Origin: Reclinomonas americana ATCC 50394
Lineage: Eukaryota
Assembly: GCA_048213135.1 (NCBI GenBank)
Contig: PS015140.1
Location: 62,001 to 91,466, forward strand
Reading direction: 5' to 3'
Length of the DNA stretch: 29,466 nucleotides
Every line of letters starts with the position of its first letter. The first letter of the stretch is position 1. The notes under the pieces were generated by a model. That model did not search any database, had not been told where the DNA came from, and saw nothing but the letters and a program-made list of their open reading frames with translations. This document shows positions 1-8,293 of this stretch, piece after piece. A program made the translations under genes and the position numbers.

Positions 1-310
1 ACACACACACACACACACACACACACCTTCTCTCTCTCTCACACACCTTCCTCCCCATATGCACCTATTCCCTCCTCGCCCACTTGTACATCAAGGCAAG
101 ACAACACACAGTGCATCTTGGGATTGTTTACGCCAAACTCACAAGTATTAAGAAGTTCACTCCAAACCGCGAACAGCTGCATGATGATCTCCAATGTGTC
201 AATCATTGACGCTTGCGTCGTCGTCTTCATCGCCAGCAGGGCTCACATCATCGTCATCGAACGAAGACTCATCGCCCATCTTCGTCATCCTCATCGTCGC
301 TCCCGTCCCC

Positions 311-3300
311 CTAGTCGGTCACTTCCTCGATGCCGACGCCACCCACAGCACCAAGCGCATTGGTGAAATCGGGCAAGACGGTGCCGAAGATGCGTTCCAC
401 AAGCCCGCGAGTGTGTTGACGTATGAATAGCATCACCCTGCCGGACACCCGGGCGGTGTACGCAGAACCGAACGCCGTGCTGCGAAGAAGAGTCACACGA
501 TCCACCGCAGGAGTCACCAGATCTGCCTGCTCATGAAGAGACACTTCATCTCCAGTAAACAGTGACCACACTCGCACTGTATTGTCAGACCCGCCACTTA
601 TAATGTGCTGGCCATCGGGTGTCACTGCCACTGCAAACACCCGACTCGTGTGGCCTTCCAGTCGGCGTACCTCCTCACCACTTGCCATTGACCACAACCT
701 CAGAGTATTGTCATTACTGCCACTTACAATGTGCTGACCATCGGGTGTCACTGCCACTGCAAATACCGCGCCAGTGTGGCCTTCCAGTCGCCGTACCTCC
801 TCGCCACTTGCCATCGACCACATCCTTACATCGTCCCCGTCGTTGGAGATGAACAAACTCCCGCTGCAACTCACAATGTGCTGCCCATCGGGTGTTACAG
901 CCACTGCCGACACCGACTCTGTGTGCCCCTCCAGTCGGCGCACCTCCTCGCCATTTGCCAGCGACCACACTCGTACAGTCTTGTCGAAACTGCCACTCAC
1001 AATGTGCTGGCCATCCGGCGTCACTGTCACCGCAAACACCCTCTCCGTGTTGTCCTCCAATCGGCGCACCTCCTCACCACTTGCCAGCGACCACACCCGT
1101 ATAGTCTTGTCCTCACTGCCACTCACAATGTGCAGGCCATCGGGTGTCACCGCCACTGCCCACACCTTATCCGTGTGGCCTTCCAGTCGGCGCATCTCCT
1201 CGCCACTTGCCAGTGACCACACCCGTACAGTCTTGTCCCAACTGCCACTAACAATGTGCTGGCCATCAGGTGTCACTGCCACTGCAAGCACCCTACTCGT
1301 GTGGCCTTCCAGTCGGCACACCTCCTCGCCACTCGACAGCGACCACACCAGTACCGTCTTGTCCCAACTGCCACTCACAACATGCTGGCCATTGGGTGTC
1401 ACTGCCACTGTATACACCCAATCTGTGTGACCTTCCAGTCGGCGTACCTCCTCGCCACTTGCCACAGACCACATCCGCACAGTCTCGTCCCCACTGCCAC
1501 TCACAATGTGCTGGCCATCGGGTGCCACTGCCACTGCCCACACCCTACTCGTGTGACCTTCCAATCGGCGCACCTCCTCGCCACTTGCCACCGACCACAT
1601 CCGCACAGTCTTGTCATCACTGCCACTCAGAATGCGCTGGCCATCGGGTGTCACTGCCACTGCAGATACCGATCTCGCGTGGCCTTCGAGTCGGCGCACC
1701 TCCTCGCCACTTGCCGCCGACCACACCCGCACAGTATTGTCATCGCTGCCACTCACGATGAACTGCCCATCGGGTGTCACTGCCACTGCATACACCCTAC
1801 TCGTGTGCCCTTCCAGTCGGCGCACCTCCTCGCCACTTGCCACCGACCACACTCGTATAGTCCCGTCCCCACTGCCACTCACAATGTGATGGCCATCGGG
1901 TGTCACTGCCACTGCATGCACCGAATTCGTGTGGCCTTCCAGTCGGCGCACCTCCTCGCCACTTGCCACCGACCACACCCATACAGTCCCGCCTTCACAG
2001 CCACTCACAATGTGCTGGCCATCGGGCGTCACTGCTACTGCATTCACCCCATTCGTGTGGCCTTCCAGTCGGCGCACCTCCTCGCCACTTGCCACCGACC
2101 ACACCCGTACAGTCATATCCCAACTGCCGCTCACAATGTGCTGGCCATCAGGTGTCACTGCCACTGCAAGCACCCTACTCGTGTGGCCTTCCAGTCGACG
2201 CACCTCCTCGCCACTTGCCACCGACCACATCCGCACAGTCTTGTCCCAACTGCCACTCACAATATGTTGACCGTCAGGAGTGACAGCAACAGACACAACA
2301 TAGCTGGTGTGCCCGACCATCGGCTTCCTCGGCCACCTCACATCCGTCACATCCGCCCCTCTGAAATCCGCCTCTCTCGCATACGCCATGCACACATTCA
2401 CCCCACGCAATTCAGCTGCACACCACACCGTCCTGTGCATCACCACATCCCTCAAATCCGCACCCCTCACTCGCACACCCGACAGATCTCGCCCACTGAA
2501 CGACACTTGCGCCACACACAACACCGTTGCCGCATTCGCCGCTGCCGTCACCACTCTCTCCTCATCCACCTCGCGTGACATCTCAATCACCTCCCACAAC
2601 CTCGCTTGCAATGCAGGAGACCGTCGCACCACCTCGGCCACCTGCTCCACCAGCGATGGTCGATCGTTCAGCAGCCGCACAGACAACACATGCTGCTGCA
2701 CATCTTGCACCGACAATCTCCTCTCCTCATCCCACGTCTCCCACGCAAACACATGCCGCGCCACACAGTGCTCCAGCAGCGAACCCCACTGCGTCGTCCC
2801 ATACCGTCGCACAATTGGACAACACACTCGCACATGCTGGTTCTTGTGACCGAGGAACTTGTCAAACGGTCCCTCTTCCGCACGTCGCACGGTGAGTGGT
2901 GCACCATCAAAGTCATCCTCACTTGATTGACTCTCCATCACGGACACACGAACCACATTCCTCTCGTGCATCAACCGCGCCAGCCCCTCACAGAATGCCA
3001 GACACGTCTCCTCACTCGGCACACGCTCCGCACCGAGACGCGTCTGCCTCTCCTGCTCCCTCACAATCCACTGTCGAATGAATCGGTCAAACACATCGCA
3101 CCGAGTCGGTCGCAGCACGCCACTCGCCACCAACTGCGGCAACACACGAGCCACCACTGCCAGCAGGAAGGGATTCGACACCAATGCATCCAGTCCATGC
3201 ACCTTTTTCAGTGCACGAATGTACTCCTCGGCAGTCGACCATCGCACTTCGCCACCGTCATCATCATCATCAATACCCACTTGCACCAGTCTCACGAAAT

Positions 3301-5110
3301 ACTCCTCAATCTGCTCTTTGTTGAACGGTGCAATGTGTCGCTCCATCAACTGCTGAACGCACAACTGTCCTCGTGCATCCACTGGTGCAAAGTACCGTCG
3401 ATACTGCGCTGCAGCGCCCAGTGCCGTCAGTGCATAATCGCCTCGACACGTGATAATCACCTTCAGATCGCGACACACATCCAGCTGGTTCTTGACAAAC
3501 AGATTCACACCACGATACAACTCGTCGTACCCATCAAGTAACAACAGCAGTGGTTCCTCCTTCAACCGTCGCACGTCCGATTCCAATCCCAACTCGGGTG
3601 ACAGTCGCTCCAGTGCCTCCTCCAATAATCGCTCGTCGGCATTGCGCAGTGCGCCGAGAGGCACACGCACAGGCACTCGTCTGCTTTCTCTCGTCTGCCA
3701 CTGCCGCCACGCTCGTTCGGCCAGCACCGACATCGTGGTGGTCTTGCCGGCTCCACTGTTGCCAAAGAGCACCAGCACACGATGGGAGGTGTTGGTGTCG
3801 GAGAGGAACACAGTCACCTCCGTCAACAGATCCGTCATCTTGTCTCGCGACGAGACATCACGATCACGTGAACACAGCAGTGGCACATACATCTGCATGT
3901 CCTGGTGCACACTCTCGTCGTGCTGATAGAATGAGAGCTCACGCACAGCCAGTCGATGCAGTCGCTCCTCGAATGTGCTGATGATGTGCTGAACGTGACG
4001 CGCCTCTCGAATCCGCGCCGCAAAACCGTCAATCTCGTCGGCAGGCAGCTGCAACTTGCCAAGGAGTGTAAGGAACGTGCCATAGTCACCGAGACACTCA
4101 TGAACGCTGAACTCGGTCCATGCCCACGAACCGTGAACCAGTTCGTTCCGCACTTTACGCAACAGCTCCAGCGCCTTGCGTTCATCAACGTCGTCAATCA
4201 GAAGCATCTGGCGACCGTCACCAAGCACAAAGCCACCAAACAGCAAGATGGATGCCAAGGCCGTCACGTCAAAGGTGTCACACGGAGGGTCGGAGGCGGG
4301 ATCGGAATCAAAGGCAGACTTCCAGTCGAGCATGTGCTGCTGCTGCTGCGCAAACAACTTGACTCGACCGGGGACGAGAGGTGCATGCTGATCGTGCCAC
4401 GTCTTGATCGTTGTTGGATGCCAGAACAATGGTGGCATCCACACATCGGGAGTCCACGCCCGCACATCAAAGTCGGGAAGATCGCGACTGAACTGCGCCA
4501 GCGCGCGTTGACAGCGCAGACGCACGGCCTCCTCCACCACCTCAAAGGCCATGTTAATGCGCTGCGAGTTGATCATGCTGTGCGTGCACACACAGACACA
4601 GTCAGCACGGACTAGCATCGAGTGAAGAACAAGGAAGGGACGAGGGCAAGCAAAACAAACCGCGTCACTCTCTCCGAGTTGCTGTGCGAGGACATGAGAG
4701 TGAGAAGAATGCTTTACACAGAGGACGGTTCACAAAGCACACCTTCCACTCTCACTTCCACTCCCTCCACTCGACAGCAGCGCCGAGCCAAGCGTCAGAC
4801 GGACGACAAGATGAGTGGATGAGGTGATGCCGAGATCCTCCAGCTCCAAGACGTCAGCCTTGGCCACCTTGTATGGTACAGGCTTCTCCACCCCCACAAT
4901 CTCCATCTCCCCATCTCCACTCTTCTCACGCAGCAAGCGAGTGGCCTCGCGCAGCAAGTCCGCCAGAGTGGACATGGCCGACATGCCCTCCACCACCACC
5001 GACAGCGACGAATCATGCGCCGCACTCACATGCACAGAGAACTGTGACACACACAAGGCAGTGAGCACACACAGCGAAAGGGAAAAGAAAACAAATAAAC
5101 GCACCGACAT
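311..5110 (-). CDS. NLR-like STAND NTPase: Ubl - HEPN - NACHT - pentapeptide repeat - 14x WD40 (NWD/HET-E-like), ~1530 aa
   Basis: Predicted exons 5110-5105 (ATG TCG), 5041-4743, 4681-4661 and 4577-311. Introns are GT-AG (GTGCGT..CACAG, GTGTGC..CACAG, GTTTGT..CACAG) with CTCAC/CTGAC branch-like motifs. Phases are consistent and the CDS is 4593 nt (1531 codons). Walker A GNSGAGKT at 3740-3763, Walker B LLLLDGYDE at 3521-3550, then ITCR and NPFLL motifs, then WD40 repeats. Confidence 0.9.
551..2314 (-). repeat. Coding tandem array of 14 WD40 repeats, 126-bp (42-aa) unit, high nucleotide identity
   Basis: Unit GHTxxVxAVAVTPDGQHIVSGSxDxTVRVWSVASGEEVRRLE is repeated 14 times. The nucleotide string 'ccttccagtcggcgcacctcctcgccacttgcca' recurs at 126-bp spacing. 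Repeat 12 carries an insertion (SGSLFISNDGDD). Confidence 0.97.
2333..2500 (-). other. Pentapeptide-repeat segment between NACHT and WD40
   Basis: FSGRDLSGVRVRGADLRDVVMHRTVWCAAELRGVNVCMAYAREADFRGADVTDVRW shows 5-residue A(D/N)Lxx periodicity, preceded by AAANAATVL. Confidence 0.85.
4050..4550 (-). other. HEPN-like domain (DZIP3/Swt1-type) with R-x4-H motif
   Basis: FDVTALASILL...LELLRKVRNELVH. The RNELVH motif is at 4133-4150, in a predicted helical context just N-terminal to the NACHT. Domain boundaries are approximate. Confidence 0.7.
4796..5110 (-). other. N-terminal ubiquitin-like (beta-grasp) domain of the NLR-like gene
   Basis: Spliced translation is MSFSVHVSAAHDSSLSVVVEGMSAMSTLADLLREATRLL...LELEDLGITSSTHLVVRL. 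The pattern is two beta strands, then T-L-A-D-L helix, then a C-terminal LEDLGITSSTHLVVRL resembling ubiquitin LSDYNIQKESTLHLVLRL. There is no diglycine directly after it. Confidence 0.6.
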
Positions 5111-5697
5111 AGTGTGCGTGGTGTTCTGTTCTCCGTTGTGTTTATCACAAATTCCTGTCAATGAAGTTGTCGCAGCTGGCGGGTTTCTTCAGTGACATCG
5201 ATCCTTGCAAGCCAAACCAAGCCGGGAAGAGAGGGCATGCCTTGACCAGTTCGCTGATGATTCCGAAGGAAGGAACAGGCTGCAGGCCGTTCGTGACCCC
5301 CTTGCTGACAGCCCACTGCGAACGACGAAGGCTGAACCCGGTTGGAAGAAATCCAGCACTGCTGAGCAGAACCTGAAAGGAAAAAGATTGACGAGAGCGT
5401 CTTGCGTGTCACAAGTAACCCGCTTGCTAATGGCAAGCAAGTCACTGCCCAACCCACTGCGAAGGAGGCTGGCTGGACCGGTAATCTGCTTGTCGACAAG
5501 CCTGGAAATGAAACCGACGGATTCGATTAGGCACAGGCTGAGCGTTGTGCGTAATCCCCTTGCAGATAGGAGACATGTCGGTGCTCAGTCCACCACGGAG
5601 AACGCTGGCAGGATCAGAGATCAACAAGACCATGGCACTGAGTGGTGGCCTGCCCACTGCGCTGATAAAAAGCATTTGGGTCTTCGATTTACAGTCG

Positions 5698-8247
5698 TTA
5701 TGAGAGGAGGACAGGCAGGGCGGCCACCGGCATGCTTTCGATGCCGTTCTCGTCGACACCACGCAAGATGCGGAAGAAACCGTCTTCACCCCACGAGCGG
5801 CCCCCTGTTCGAACAAGAGAGGGAGAGATGAGGGAGGGACAAATAGACAGGGATGTGAGGAGAGGGTGAAGAGGGAGAGAGAGAGAGAGGAGGGACGGGA
5901 GGAGAGAGAGGGAGGGGGAGGAGAGAAGAAAGGAGGAGAGAGAGGAGGAGAGAGAGAGAGAGGAGCGGTCGAGAGTGAGAGAGAGAGTGGAGAGAGAGAG
6001 AGTGTAGTACGAAACAGACGAGCAGTGAGCNNNNNNNNNNNNNNNNNNNNAGAGAGAGAGGAGGAGGAGGGAGGAGAGAAAAGGAGGGAGGAGAAGAGAG
6101 GGAGAGACAGAGAGAGGAGCGGTCGAGAGTGAGAGAGAGAATGGGAGAGAGAGAGAGTGAGTTGAAACAGACAGCAGTGAGCGATCGAACGAGAAGGACA
6201 AACAGACAGGCGAGGGAAAGGAAGAGAGAGAGAGAGAGAGAGAGAGGTGCAGGTAGTGGAAGAGAGGATAGGAGGGTGCAAGCCGAATGCATCTTCGGGA
6301 AGAAAGGAGCGAGGAAGAGAAAGAGAGTGTGCATGAACAAACGGACGCAACAAGAGTTCTGCACGATCCAGTAGCGATCGACCTGTCGTGTGGTCTCGTT
6401 CAGTTCCTCGCCCCATCCAACTGCAAGCGAATGGATCAGGCATAGGCAACGGAAACGAAAAAGCACTGAAGTGACAAACCAATGAGGACGGCGTGCGTAG
6501 TGGGCTCGAAAGAATGTCGCCACGATGAGTGCATGTGCTGGTTGGCCAGCTTGCGGTAAATGCCGGACGAGTACAGGCTCCATTCGCCCGTCTACATCGC
6601 AAAGAGTGAGTGGACGAGGAAGAGAGAGAGAGTGACGGGCGAGACAACTCTTGTCACAAACCGCGGCAAAGCAGGCGGCGATCGGACCGTTTCGCAGGAT
6701 TTCCTCCATCATCGATTGTTCGGTGGCCGCGCCGAAGAAGCCTGACGAGGGGGGAAGGGGAGGAAGAGGGTAAAGGTGAGCGGGAGAGAGGGAAGGGGGG
6801 AAAGGGAAAGGGAAGAGGGAAGAGGGAAGAGGGAAGAGGGGAAGAGGGAAGAGGGAGAAGAAGAGGCAGAGGAAGAGGAAGAGGAAGAGGAAGAGGAAGA
6901 GGAAGAGGAAGAGGAAGAGGAAGAGGGAAGAGGGAAGAAGGAAGAGGGAAGAGGGAAGAGGCAGGGGCAGAGATCGAAGAGGATGAAGCGGTAGAGGAAA
7001 ACGGAGAAGAAAGAGGAAGAGGGACACAGAAGAGGGGAAGAATGAAGATGAGGACTGCGAGAGCGTCGGAAACGACGAAAGAAAGAACGTACAGTCAGGG
7101 ACAGTCAGTTGGAAGAAGTGAGACAGAGAGACTGAGAAAAGAAAGAGTGCAGAACAAGCGAATGCACGAATGCAGCCGCAAACTCACCGCCGACATAATA
7201 GTAATCAGCAACTTGGACGACACGACGACGACCGCACGAGCCGCGGCATGTGTAGGTGTCGCTGCCCTTGTATGGCTGGCACGACTGTATCGAGGGGTAA
7301 AGAGACAAGGTGAGTGGGGAGAAGGGCAGGGGGAAGGGAGGGAAGTTCTCGACATAAAACAGAGAGAGAGAGAGAGAGCCACAACTAAAGGCCAGCACTG
7401 CACTTGTCCTCCCTGCTCACCTCATCAACCGCGCCAAACGAATGCGCAAACTTGGAGGCCAAGTACGGCCACCCACCGCCGCATCCTTGCGACCAGGGTG
7501 AGCACGAGAGAGCCCGTTGTGGCGAGAGTGTCAGCTGCGCACGCCCAAGTCAGCAACTGTGGTCATGCAATGGCGACGCAAGAGCGACGCACCTGTTCCT
7601 TGTTCTTTGTCGACACTCGCAGACGTGCCTCCAGCATTGCAGTGGTGGCCACCGAGTAGCTGAAGAAGAATGAGTGTCACGGAGGAGCGCGATGGCGAAG
7701 ACTTGCCACTCACCAGCTGCCACAGGCACCTTGCGTGCTGTTGCACGAGGTGGATGAGATGCAGATCTTTGCTTCAGTCACAAACGAAAGCACTAACCGA
7801 ACAGGTGGCACAAAGTTCTCGCCATTCACATTGCGCCAGTCAAAGAAGCGCGGCAAGTGGGAGGTCTCGATATTGGTGAGGTAGCCAGTGGAAATGGCCT
7901 GCATAACGAGGAAAGATGAGCACAACAGATGAGGCCTTGCGATTCATGATTGCACACACCGATGCGTGCGCCGCACGAGCTGCGCTACCGGCGCGATGGT
8001 GCCGGCCTCCTGACATGAGTTGTTGCTGTGGAATGCAAGAGCGCAAGGTGAGCATACAACATGGAAGGATACGAGATGCTCCGACAAGCGACAACTATTC
8101 AACTCCACGTGGGGCACTCTATTACTAATTCTATTCCAGCAACATTCCCTCTCTTCGTCATCTCAAGAAGGAGAGAAGGCAATAGAAAAAAGAGATACAC
8201 AGAGACAGAGACATGCAGGCAGACATACATACACAACGGGAGAAAGT

Positions 8248-8293
<46 letters not shown>

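Noticed and set aside
551-2314. Regularly spaced repeats with variable inserts resembling a CRISPR array or DGR template
   Set aside because: The unit is 126 bp, in frame and encodes WD40. There are no unique spacers, cas genes or reverse transcriptase, and the context is eukaryotic.
731-2578. Long plus-strand His/Cys-rich ORFs (e.g. 1256-2578)
   Set aside because: Antisense shadows of the WD40 array.
5955-6160. Duplicated gagaggagcggtcgagagtgagagagag blocks in the last cathepsin C intron
   Set aside because: They flank a 20-N gap within low-complexity GA sequence and may be an assembly overlap.
7710-7716. Apparent CGSW-stop suggesting a dead cathepsin or a non-standard genetic code
   Set aside because: Explained by a GT-AG intron (7713-7660) splitting TG|C. 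The modelled genes end in TAA, TAG and TGA, consistent with the standard code.
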